Positions 34,583-46,225 of a stretch of 64,000 nt of DNA are shown here, piece by piece. Source of the stretch: Neovahlkampfia damariscottae (lineage: Eukaryota); assembly GCA_016618085.1 (NCBI GenBank), contig JABLTG010000017.1, positions 1-64,000 on the forward strand. Reading direction: 5' to 3'. The translations under genes were made by a program, and so were the position numbers. The first letter of the stretch is position 1, and the number at the start of each line of letters is the position of its first letter. The notes beneath the pieces are model-generated. The model did no database searches. It worked only from the letters and a program-made list of their open reading frames with translations, and was not told the DNA's origin.

Positions 34583-35602
34583 ATGATTTTTTCAGTTTCG
34601 TTTGTTGGTGTTTTATTTATCACAGCACTTTTGTGTTGTCTCTTTCCAGGAGTATTTGTAAGAACCATAAAAAAAAAAGAAACTAAAATCAAAGTTTTTA
34701 ATTGCTTTCATTTTCTCCGTGATACCAAACACAAGAGATATCAATATTACTGCTTATAACAAACTTGTAACAGATTGGATTGAATTTTCTCCTGTTTTAC
34801 ATGGAACAAATATTACTATACAATCTGATATTAGCAAAGAAATCAGTTTTTACAACGATTACAGACCTGTAAGCTTACGGAACTTTTTAATTTTTTTCAG
34901 ATTGATACAGTACCAAATACAAGAGCTGATGATCACTTTCAACCTTATGACCAAATTCGTTTTATTGCTCCAAATTTTGATTATTATGAACTTGAAAGAT
35001 TTCAAATTGGTGTCAGAAGAAGTTTCACTGTAAAAATGAAAAACAAAGAAATTGGTGAATCTCAAGCAAGTTACTCATTTGGTTTATTCAGTAGCTCATC
35101 TTATTGTTGTTCCAGTTCAAAGTGTGAAATTTTTTTTTTTTTTTTAATAATTTTTCCGAAAGAAATGGATGTAGAAGATACTGTTATAGATATTATCGTC
35201 TTAGTGGATTTTGTTTAGTTTTAGATTTAAAATTCCAAAAAGTTTTACAACAAGGTTGTTATGGTGGATTTGGTCACTTAGGTTATCAAGAAACAGCTAG
35301 AATTGAAACAAGTACTTCTGGTTTTCACTCTTTATCATTTGATGTTATGGCAAGAGAAATACGTGATCCATGGTATCAAATTCCTTACATTATTGGATTT
35401 GGTGGTGGAAATACTTGGGGCGTAAAATTAATCATTATTTCTAAATTTTTAGGTTACTCAATCTGATCGTATCATTGTGCTTTCTGTTTTTTATGCTGCT
35501 TGTGGAATATCATGTCTTATTTATGGAATTTGTTTTTTGATTTCTCTTGTTGGAGTTGCAACTTCATACTATTTTGAAAAAGATTCATATTCACAATTCT
35601 AA
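34583..35602 (+). CDS. Multi-exon membrane protein (N- and C-terminal TM helices, Cys-containing loop)
   Basis: ATG 34583 after a CCAAT box; hydrophobic MIFSVSFVGVLFITALLCCLFPGVF; several short introns; hydrophobic last exon ending TAA 35600-35602. Confidence 0.65.
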
Positions 35603-35861
35603 TTTAAATTATTACATTATTTTCATTTTTTTTTTTTAACAGTTTTCTTCATGCCTTGTTTTGACAGATTTCTTTGAACTCAACTTGTCAATTGGCTTCG
35701 GTGTGGTATTTTTAGATTTACCAAATGCATCATAGACAAATTACTGACTTTGGATCAAATTCATTAATTTATTAGAGGTTTTGATTCTATGACTATTAGG
35801 CATTCATAGAACTATATCATTGGTCAATTGTTTCTTCAAACTAAATCAACTCCGATTTGAA

Positions 35862-36808
35862 ATGTTTCGAGCAAGCAGAAAGATATACAACTTTGACTAT
35901 TCAAAAGAATTTGAAAAAATTGTTAAGAACAGAAAAGCAACTTTGAACTTCAAAACTGATCCAATAGACAAACAAAAAATACAAAAAATTTTTGAGTTAA
36001 CACAGAGGTCACCATCAAGTATTTACAAAAAAAAAAATTCATATCAAAAATAGGTTTTAATTTACAACCTTGGTGTGCTGTTATTGTTGACAATGAATTG
36101 AAAAAGAAGCAGTTATGCACTGCTGCACTTTCACAAAATAGAATACTCGTAAGAAAAAAATCAAATTTTTTTTTTATTTTTTCTCATGATAAAGCAAGCA
36201 CCTTTAACTGTTGTGTTCGCAGCTAGTGGTAATTCTTTGGAAAACCAACAAGAAATGTTGAAGATGGAATTAGAATCAGGTAATTTCACAAAAGAAAAAG
36301 CAGAAAGAATTGAAAAAGTAACGAATAAGTTATTTGGAGGTCCTTCTTGTGTACAGGTATTACTGAATTTTTTAAATTTTTCTCCAGTTGGTGAAACATT
36401 TCTACACAAAAATTGCAAGTTATTATGAACCAACAATGACTGCTCCAAAGAGTTTTAATGAACATTCAATGAAACAATTAATGATTGCTGTTCAAGTAAT
36501 TACTTTTTATTTTTTAAAAAAAAGACTTTTATGTTAGGTTTCGTTGCGTTATTTTTTTAATTTTTTTTAAAGCTTGTTCATCTTTTGGTATTGACTCACA
36601 TGCAATGGAAGGATTTGATGAAAGAAGAGTTAAAGAATTAGTATCTCTGCCAAGTCATTACACTATTCCAGTGATTGTTTCCATTGGATATTCTGCTGAT
36701 GATGAAAGTATGAAATTCACATCAACTAGATTACCTACAGAAAGAGTTTTTTCAAAGAATCAATTTGGAGGAAAATTGAACGATAAAGAAGAAAAATTTA
36801 AAGAATAA
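35862..36808 (+). CDS. Nitroreductase-family FMN oxidoreductase, multi-exon
   Basis: NRKATLNF, RSPSxFNLQPW, APLTVVF, GIDSHAMEGFD, PVIVSIGY, RLP. Confidence 0.88.
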
Positions 36809-36983
36809 CAAATTATCTTAATTTCAGAAAAATTTGAAAAGGAAATATTTCGTAAAAAAATTACTAAATATTCCATCGTTTACAGGATGAATTTTTATGC
36901 ATTTTGTGTGGCTGGAAGTGGGATATTACATTAAATTTCTGTGGCTCGGATTAATTCTGAAGGCTTTTCGTTCAAGTTCATCA

Positions 36984-39900
36984 ATGAAAAGAACATTTAC
37001 TTTTAGTGAAGCAAGGTTATCTAAAGCCATTAGTAAGATCAATCTTTTTAAAGGAGTACATTCAAACAACGTTCAACCTGAAAGAGATCTTTTTAATGCA
37101 AGGTCTAACTTCAATTTTGATCAATTCAACATTGCAGAAAACTCTTCGTCTCTGAAATCTACTGATGAACAGAATTTAATTGATGAAATTGAGATAGTTG
37201 AAGAATTCAAAAGAAAAACAGAAAACAAAGGTAATATCAATCAAAATTCAACTTTATTCAAGAAATTGATCAAATTTCATTCGATCATCTTTCTTGTCAA
37301 AAGAGCTCGTATTTTTTTGATAAAATTATCAAATATTCAACGATTTGTATCAATTTTTCAAAGAAAAATTTGTTAATTTCATGTTTTGTCTTGACAAATA
37401 AATTCGTGTATTTGTTCAAGAACAAAGTGAAGCAAATTCATGAGGAATGGAATTTTGATGATCATTGGATACCAAAATGCAATCCATATACAAAAATAGA
37501 TATATCAAAAATTGACAAAATATTCAGAAATTCTAAAGATCTTAACACTTTTTGTTTGAAAAGTAAATCAGATTTCATCGTTTTGCAATGTGAAAATTCT
37601 GAAGAAATCTTTGACATTTTATCAAAATTTGTATTCTCACCAATTGTAAAAATCAATAATTTTGATGATTGTATTGTTGATGATTTTAGAAATCCCATAG
37701 TGTCAATTGGTTTCATTTTTCTCATTTCTTAAATTTACAGGAACATTCAAACTAGTTGAAAATGATTATGCCAATATATATAAGAATTCCATTATTTCTG
37801 AAACATTGAATATTCTTTATGATGAATCAAGTGTGCTTTTTTCTTGCAATCTGTGGCATGATAAAATTAAAGAATCCATTTTGATCGTTTGTAATTCTCA
37901 CATTTATATTATTGAATCCAATAATCACCAAACAAAGAACAACTACAATTTAGTGGATTATGGAAGGATCAAAATCTCAAACATCCAAGAAATCAAACTT
38001 TCAAGTGAAAATAATTCAATGTTGTTTTTTTGTCCTTTATTAGAAGTTGAAGAAACCAATGAAATTTACCCAGTTTGCTATTCAAAGAAGGTTGGATTCC
38101 AACAGTTTATCGATTTTGAAAATTTTAAGGATTTTTGGTGCAGAAAATTTCCCAAAATTCCAGTGGTACATTTTAGTCAACTTTCTCATTTTTTTAAAAG
38201 AAGAATGAAAATTTTGATGAACTAAATGATAGATTTAATATTTTATTTGAAAAAAAATCAATTTTTTTGTTGTCAAAAAAATTGATTGGTGAAATTTTTG
38301 AAATGTTCAGTTTAAAGGAAACTCAAAATTTGAAAGAGAAATTTTTCGATCTGTTGTATTTAACACATTATAATATGTTCAATTTATTTGATGTTTTCAA
38401 TTCCAATGAAGATTCATTGATTCATTCTGCAATCAAAACTTGTTTTTGTGAATTGGAATTCAAACGATTTTCAAAACTTTTAGATGATATTTTGTTAGAT
38501 TCTAATTCTAAATTCTGTGATTTTTTGAGAGTAAAGAAATTTTTAACAAATGAAGAATTTACAGTGTTTCATATGCAAGATGGATATAAGAAAGGTTTAC
38601 AGTTCATTTGGTTAAAGATTAGACCTAAATTCCAGTCAAATTTAATGATTTTGAATCAAAGAATCGAGATTGAATCTGAATTAGAAGAAATATTAAAAGA
38701 TTTGGATGAGAACAGAATGAAGAAATTATTGGAAAAAATCAATGAAAATGAAATTTTAAATGAAAATTTTTTGAAGAAATTAAAAATACAATTTGAATAT
38801 TCAGTACATGTAAGTGTATCTAAAAATTAACTTTTTAAAGGAAAAATTCGTTCTTGATACTTTGGATGATACTTCCAATTTCAGAAATTTTGAAATTGAA
38901 AAGTTGGGATATTTTCTTCATTGTGCAAAGAAATTGAGTTTAGAAGGGAGAAGACAGTACAAAAATGCGATAGAAAATAAATCCAAAATGCTGATTTTTC
39001 AACAAGAAAAGATTGAATTCATGGAATCTATTAAAAGGGGAAATGTGAAATCATTAAAATTCAATGATGAATTGTTGATTTGGTTGCAAAAATTGTATTC
39101 AGAATTGATTAAATTTGTCAAAAGAAAACATTCTAAAGATGAAATTGATCAATTATCATTTATTATTGAATCCTCATCTTTTGAAATACCATCAGAAATG
39201 ATTGGGATCTTTGTTGAGTTAGAAAAAAATATTGATTCTGGAATGAACGAAGAAGTTAAAAAATTGATGAAAAAACTTATCAAACGTGAAAATATTCCAC
39301 CAGATTTTGATAATGAAAATTTGAGTGAGAGAATTCAATACTTGGAAAATTTTGTTAGATCTCATGAAAAATCAAACTTTATTTCAAATGAGCAGATTGA
39401 AAATTCCAAAAATGAATTGGAGATTTTGACAAAGATAAATGAAATAGAAACTGAATTAACTGATTTTTTGAAACTAAATTTGTCAGAAATATCAAACGAT
39501 GAAGTTAAAAGTGTTGAGGATTATTTTCGAGATTTGTTAGAATTTCAGTTGAAAAGCGAATCTTTGAGATATTTACCAAGTAGTTTGATAGAAAAATCAA
39601 AAGAAAAATTGAAGAAAATTTCCAATTTGAAAAAACAAAATGACAGTCTTACCAAATTGAATAAGGAAAATAATTCCAAATTGTTCAAGTATTATTTTTG
39701 CAATCAAAAATTCAAAGATAATATTCAATTTAAATCATCTAAAAGATTGATTATTGACGCATTTGAAAAGTTAATCATCTATGAAATGAAAGAAAAACCA
39801 ATTAAATCATTGGAGGATGTTCAAGAAATGAAGAAATTATTTCAAGTTGGAATTACCTTAGAAATCACTTATTCTTTAGTATTTGAGAATTTTTTGGATT

Positions 39901-40782
39901 TTATTGATGAAAAAGAGAAAGAGATTAAATTGAAAAACTTGATTGAATATAACATCGAAAATGGTTCATTGGATAAATTGGAAGATAATTTAAAACAAGT
40001 TGGAAATCATTCCGAATTAAGAGAATTGATTATAAGCAATCAAATAATATTGACAAATTCAAAGAAATATTGGTTATTGATCAAGAATCAAATCACAATC
40101 AAAGAAAACATATTAAACATAGTGAAATACATACGAAGAAAAGAAACAAAGCCTGTGATGTTAAAATGTTTAATTCAACGTCATAAACCATCTAATCATA
40201 ACGAAATAGTTTTAGAATTGGAAAATGTTGTAACAATGATCATTGAACATTTCATGAAAATGTCAGAAAATGGTCATGACTTGAAATCAATTGGTGATGA
40301 GTCAAATAATAATTTTTTGAGGTATTTGGTGAGAGAGAGACTATACTTAGTCTTGGAATCGATTTTTCAGTCTGGTTTTGAACCATCAAATAATTGGTGG
40401 AATAGTTCATCACACTTCTGGAATTTCATCGAGAGATGTTCTTATGAAGCAAAAGATACATTCACCCATTTAGGAGAAATTGAATTATACAATGTAATCA
40501 ACACTATCAATGAAATATCAGTCAAGAACAAAGTACAAGAGAATGTTGAAGAATTCAAATTCATGTCTTTCATTTGTCATTCATTAAAGTAAGAATTACG
40601 AAATTGATCATTGTAGTTTCGGGTATTTAGATGGTTTTTTAGAAGCATTTGTTTTGAAAAAAGAGGTAATGAAAGGTTTTTATAGATCCGAAGCATTTTT
40701 GATGAAAGAAGAAGATGTTTCGACAGCAATCTCGTGTATCAAGAAATTGAGTTGTTTTTCATTTCAATTAAAAATTGATTAA
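36984..40782 (+). CDS. Large multi-exon protein with C-terminal RUN-like domain
   Basis: Chain of ORFs with short introns. LYLVLESIFQSGF, HFWNFIE, FICHSL and FYRSEAFL match RUN blocks. Start uncertain. Confidence 0.6.
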
Positions 40783-40879
40783 TCCTGCTTCTTTATGTTG
40801 ACCAAGAGATCAGTAACTAAATTTACTGTTCAGAAAAAGTTCTCGATTTGAAAATCATATTTCGAGTGAATGAAACTGT

Positions 40880-42137
40880 TTATTTTCCAAATAAATCTTT
40901 GAATTCATTTGTGAAAGAGATGATGTTTTTTCCATTTTCCGAGTCCAATATAGCAAAACTAATTTCAACGAAAAAACCTTGATATGAATTAATAACCGTA
41001 TTCCATAGTTTTGCTTCAAGCACTGGATCATGACGAAATGCACCACATCCAGAAGCTCCTAATACCAGGACATCAATATTCTCTTGAATGGCCGTTTTCA
41101 AAACACCATGCATATCCATCATCAGTCTTTGTTCTAAATTGGATTGGTCCTTAATTCCACCCAAAAGAGTAAAGAAATCACCCAATTCTGAGTAAGGAAC
41201 AAAAAAGGGAATATATGGTCTGAAATCTGCGAATGCACATGCAATTGTTGAGCATTCCATTTCATCATTTACAAGAAATTTTGTCTTGCAAAAGTAATTT
41301 CCTCCCTAAAATAAAGTTTTTAAAATATAAGTCTTAATTACGGGAGGTATATGATACCCATCATCATACAACACCCTTAAAAATTAAATATTTCAAAATT
41401 GATTACCAATTGCCTCTGAAATACTGTTTAACACCTTCTTTGACAATTGATCCACAAGTTCCCAATAAAGCAGTTGTATTACTTCTTGAAGCAACATGTT
41501 CTTCTTGTGATCCTCCAAAATCATTTCCATAAGTCCCACAAACATTATGACCAGCTGCAAGATCAAGCCAAGCAACATTCAATTTTGGATATTTTTTCAC
41601 CATTTTCTTGAGAGATTCTTGAGTATCAATATTTTCAACAGAAAAAATAGTTTTCAATTTATCATTTTTTGGTTTGAAAACTACATCTTTAATTGTCCAA
41701 TTATATAAGGTCAAGGATTCATAATAGTCATCCATTTCTTGTTGTTTTTTATTTTTTGTATCTTCATTTTGAATGTATTGACCATTCCAATCGATTTCAT
41801 TTCTTGTTGAAATAGCGTAAATTCTTGCTCTGACAATTCTCAAATCAGCATGTTTTTTGGATTTTGCTAATTTGTCAATTTCTTCTTTTTTTAAACTATT
41901 GGTGTATCTTAAAGCCCAGTTTTGAAATTCATGTCCATGTAAATCATAATAAGAACCTCCATTTTTTGAAAAATGTGAGTAATAATCTTCTATTGTCATG
42001 TTGGAAAATATTTGTTTTTTTTTCTCATCTTCTTCAAGTACTAGATATTTTTGTTTAGGTTTTGTAATGAACTCAGTAGGATATTTTGTAGAGTGATTTT
42101 CTACAACTTTGGTTGGTTTTAATTTGGTCAAGTCCAT
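40880..42137 (-). CDS. Bacterial-type poly(ADP-ribose) glycohydrolase-like macrodomain (DUF2263/TIGR02452), 3 exons
   Basis: VAWLDLAAGHNVCG...GGSQEE and VLVLGASGCGAFRHDP signature motifs. Confidence 0.78.
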
Positions 42138-42314
42138 ATTGTTTTGCTCTGCAAAATACGTTCACTTGTTGACTGTGAAGTAATTGATAAATCTAAAAAT
42201 AAACATTTGTTGATTTGTCCAATTATGACATGGTTTAACTTGGGTACATTTTTTCAAATGAAAGGAAATTTATTGATGAAAGACGTTCATACGTCTGATA
42301 TTGAATACAAATAT

Positions 42315-43208
42315 TTAATATCTTTTTTGTAGATGATTCAAAATGTCAGGATGATCTTCTTCTTCCTCTTCAGATATATTTTCGTCATCATCGGAAGTCC
42401 AATCTAAAGATTTGTTACTAGATATTCTTTTCATTGATTTAATATAGTTTCTGAAATCATGAGAACTTCTTTCAGTTTCAACCATTGGTACATCAGACAA
42501 CAAAAACGAATTGTTTTCTTCGTCAGGAGAAAAAACTTGTTGATTTGGATTTGATTTCTTCTTTCTTGTGGTTTCAATAAAACAAAAGTCATCTTCCTCC
42601 AAATCTTTCATTTTAATTTCCAGTTCATAATCGAAATTTTTTATCAAATCAAAATCAAATCTTTGATATTTACTAGATTTTCGATATTCAAATACAATTC
42701 TAAAATCTTTAGTTATAAAAATACATGGTAGAATTCCTGTTGTCTCTTTTGTCATGATTTCATATATCGGAGAAATTCCAAGAGAGCTCAATCTCGCGTA
42801 TTCTGTTATTCCATTGGTTGCAAAATTCCATAGATTTAATTCATTTTTTTCACGTTTAATATTGAATAAATTAATGAATGTTGACCTCTCTAAATGTCGG
42901 TATTTTGAATATTTTTTTGTTCTTTCATTGTAGTTTAGAAATGTTTCATAACTTTTTTGGTCTTCTTCGTGACATATTAATGGTGTAATTGTTTCATTTA
43001 ATTCATCTATTTTTGAAGTGTATAGATCTTCTAAAGTACCTTGACAATATGGACAACCAAGTGAACACGGAAAAAAAAATAAATATTTTTCTGAGTGTTT
43101 GCCATTCATTTTTTTGTTTGATTCTTCATCACAGATTATTCTTCTTAAAATATCAGAATCAATTGTTGTTATTAAAAGGTTCGAATCCACCTCTTGCTTT
43201 TTTTCCAT
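42315..43208 (-). CDS. Hypothetical protein
   Basis: 297 aa intronless ORF with ATG, a CSLGCPYC motif and an acidic tail. Confidence 0.65.
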   Translation of the reverse strand: MEKKQEVDSNLLITTIDSDILRRIICDEESNKKMNGKHSEKYLFFFPCSLGCPYCQGTLEDLYTSKIDELNETITPLICHEEDQKSYETFLNYNERTKKYSKYRHLERSTFINLFNIKREKNELNLWNFATNGITEYARLSSLGISPIYEIMTKETTGILPCIFITKDFRIVFEYRKSSKYQRFDFDLIKNFDYELEIKMKDLEEDDFCFIETTRKKKSNPNQQVFSPDEENNSFLLSDVPMVETERSSHDFRNYIKSMKRISSNKSLDWTSDDDENISEEEEEDHPDILNHLQKRY

Positions 43209-43308
43209 TTGCTTTTTTTACAATGACCAATGAGGTTTCGACACTTTTGTTTTGTCAAATTTTTCACAACAGAAAATTTTCACTTTGGACTAAATTTTTT
43301 AGATTTTT

Positions 43309-45972
43309 ATGGAGAATAAAGAAAAACAAACTGAAACAAAAATCCAACTCAAGGAATTAGAAACAGATGAATTTGATACTTTAACTTTAGAATCGTTAGG
43401 AACTTTATCTCTGCCAGAACAAAAGCTAATTTTGACCAAAAAATTACTTCCACTTGTGAGTTCAATGATATCACCTGGATTTTCAGTTTCAATATTATTG
43501 GACATGATCATTGAACAACACTCAAACTCGAAAACACTACTTTCAGATAAAACAGCACTCCAGTCTATAATTTTAAACTGCAAAAACGTATTAAAAAATC
43601 CATGGAAACCTGATTCTGAGATTGTTAAATCGTTAAAAAAAAATTTGATCATCAACCCTCAATTTGAAAAGACAAACAAGGATTTTTTTTTTTATTATTT
43701 TCATCTAGTGTCCGAAGAAGAATCAAATCAAGAACAATCCAACTTTTATATCCAAGAAATTGAATCAAGAAAGTTAGAATTTCAAGGATTCATGTTCAAA
43801 TTTCGATACTATTTCTTTGGTCAATGTTTCAATCAGATAATTTCAAATTTACCAAATCGGAGTTTTTATTTAAGAATTTTATGTTCACGTCAACAAGATA
43901 CTGATTTTGTTGGTTTAATAAAAGAACAAATGGATAAAATTCAGAATGATAATCAGATGGAATTATTCTTCACTTTTTTGAAAGCTTTGAATTATCATTT
44001 TCATCGACAGGAAAATCAAATGGATTCTTTTGCTATTCCTCTACTATTTGAATATTCAAAAAAGGAAAGATTTCATTATTTGTGTTTCGAAATTCTTTTG
44101 AAATTTGCCAGCAGCAATACTGCGTTTGAAAAATATAAGAAGGAAATTTTTGATTTTGAAATTTCCTCGAAAGTATCATCAGAATTTTTTTGTTGGTTTT
44201 TTCCAAATATTCAAACACAATTGACTAAAGAAGAACTTAAAATTGTAAAACGGGAACATTTGAAACGTTTTTATGAATGCAAATTAAAGAAAGAATGGTT
44301 TGAATGCTTCAATGCTATTTTTACAAATGAAGATATAACTAAAAAAGAATGTGATACTTTCTTCATATATTTTGAAAGTTTGGATGATTATGATGAGGAA
44401 ATTTTGTTATCGGCGTTTTGTTGTTTCGAAAATATATTCAAGGAGGTTAATGAAATGAATATCGAAGTTAGAGATACTATACTCCCTTGGATTATAAAAT
44501 TGATTCCTTTTGTCATAAAATATGGAAAGGTAATGTCAAATATTAATTACGATTCTGATGATGATTATGATTCTGAAACGATCAAAAGTTGTTTTACAGA
44601 AATCATTGAAACTTCAAGTGTGAAATGGAAAAATGAATTTTTAACATTTTTGTCACCAAAAATAGAAGAGTTGTTTAAAATGAACAATATCGACTATTTT
44701 GAACTGGGGTTGCTCATAAATGTTCTGGTTGGAAAGCCAATACCACTAAATGACTGTTTGATGAAGAAATTAATGAATTTCCACACAAAGAAAAATAACA
44801 TGACTGAAGAATGGTTGAATACAATGCAAATGTACTTTTCTGATATTTCTGAACTCTTCCCTGATCAAATGAAAGAAATTTATTCGTCTCTCTTGAATTG
44901 CATTCAGAATGAAAATCGCAAATTTTTTGCTACAATTATGTTCAATTTAATTGCTCATTGGTCTTGTGAAATCGATTACAAAGAATTGGTTTCATTATTT
45001 TTCAGTGATGAAATTAATTCAATCACTGAGATGTTATTGGATAAAAATAAGATACCTATGGATCACCCAAACATTCGTCTCTTAAAAAAGAATCTTATGA
45101 CAAAAATTTCAAATGTTCGTGATCCTTTTAATCTTCATATATACCTTTCACATATGATCCCGTTGTGCTTCTTGGAATCAAAATTAGATTCAGATTACTT
45201 GGATGAAATGTTACCTTATTGTTTGACCTACTACAAAGAAAATGTTCGAGATAAATGGAATCCTGGTTGCTATTCAGCATTAAAGCTAATTTTGTCATTA
45301 TTTCGACATTATGGGAATATTTTTGAAAACTTCAGTTCAAAACTTGTAGATCATTTGTTTGTCCAATATCAAGGCAGTCAAGATGATATTGATTTCTATG
45401 GTGAGTCTGAATCATGTTTTGAAAGTTCTAGAATATGTACTCAAACTATTGTTGAATTATCCATATTTAAATCAAAATCATTATTTGTGTCACTTTCCAA
45501 GTTCAACTATTCTTCAGCACGGAAAAAGAAATCACTTAGGATGTTGGAAATTTATTTGTTTGTGAATTTGACATTTCACTATGAATTATATTTTACTCAT
45601 GATGATTTTGATGAAATACTGAATGAAGTGATGTTGTATGAAGGAGAGACATTCAGAATTGAAAAAACTAAAATCCTTGCAATTCTGTCAAAACTCAATC
45701 GAACAAAAATCAGTGATTCAATTGATAAGTTTGGAAGAGAATGGTTTAATTACACCCTTGAGTTTTACACTGAATATACGGAGTATGAGAAGGAATTGGT
45801 GGTCGATGTGCTTTCGGAATTTTTATTGGAACAATTTTCTTTTTTTTATCCAAATGAAAACATTCAATTATTGATGTATAAAAATCAAATTCGAATGATC
45901 TTTGATGGTCTATATGTGAGATTATATCCAAAAATCTCCAATTCTCAAGATATCAATTTTCGTTTTGAGTAA
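43309..45972 (+). CDS. Intronless alpha-solenoid (HEAT-like) protein with N-terminal PABC/MLLE-like domain
   Basis: 887 aa ORF; EQKLILTKKLLPLV...DMIIE resembles PABC EQKQMLGERLFPLI...GMLLE. Confidence 0.6.
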   Translation: MENKEKQTETKIQLKELETDEFDTLTLESLGTLSLPEQKLILTKKLLPLVSSMISPGFSVSILLDMIIEQHSNSKTLLSDKTALQSIILNCKNVLKNPWKPDSEIVKSLKKNLIINPQFEKTNKDFFFYYFHLVSEEESNQEQSNFYIQEIESRKLEFQGFMFKFRYYFFGQCFNQIISNLPNRSFYLRILCSRQQDTDFVGLIKEQMDKIQNDNQMELFFTFLKALNYHFHRQENQMDSFAIPLLFEYSKKERFHYLCFEILLKFASSNTAFEKYKKEIFDFEISSKVSSEFFCWFFPNIQTQLTKEELKIVKREHLKRFYECKLKKEWFECFNAIFTNEDITKKECDTFFIYFESLDDYDEEILLSAFCCFENIFKEVNEMNIEVRDTILPWIIKLIPFVIKYGKVMSNINYDSDDDYDSETIKSCFTEIIETSSVKWKNEFLTFLSPKIEELFKMNNIDYFELGLLINVLVGKPIPLNDCLMKKLMNFHTKKNNMTEEWLNTMQMYFSDISELFPDQMKEIYSSLLNCIQNENRKFFATIMFNLIAHWSCEIDYKELVSLFFSDEINSITEMLLDKNKIPMDHPNIRLLKKNLMTKISNVRDPFNLHIYLSHMIPLCFLESKLDSDYLDEMLPYCLTYYKENVRDKWNPGCYSALKLILSLFRHYGNIFENFSSKLVDHLFVQYQGSQDDIDFYGESESCFESSRICTQTIVELSIFKSKSLFVSLSKFNYSSARKKKSLRMLEIYLFVNLTFHYELYFTHDDFDEILNEVMLYEGETFRIEKTKILAILSKLNRTKISDSIDKFGREWFNYTLEFYTEYTEYEKELVVDVLSEFLLEQFSFFYPNENIQLLMYKNQIRMIFDGLYVRLYPKISNSQDINFRFE

Positions 45973-46225
45973 ATATTTTTATTGATTTGTTTCAAACATT
46001 TTTTTGATATGATAAAAGAGAAGAATAAATGATATTTATTCTGCTTAAAAGTTTTGGAATTTACACCATGTTGTCACTCAAATTTTCCATGATTGCTCTT
46101 TCAATATCTTCAAAATCAGAACTGAGATAAACTTTTTCAAATTATCGATATAAACTACTCTAACTGCTTCCAAGAATAAAGATGCATAGAAAAAAAAAAA
46201 AGAAGCTGATTCGCCAAAATCAGTT

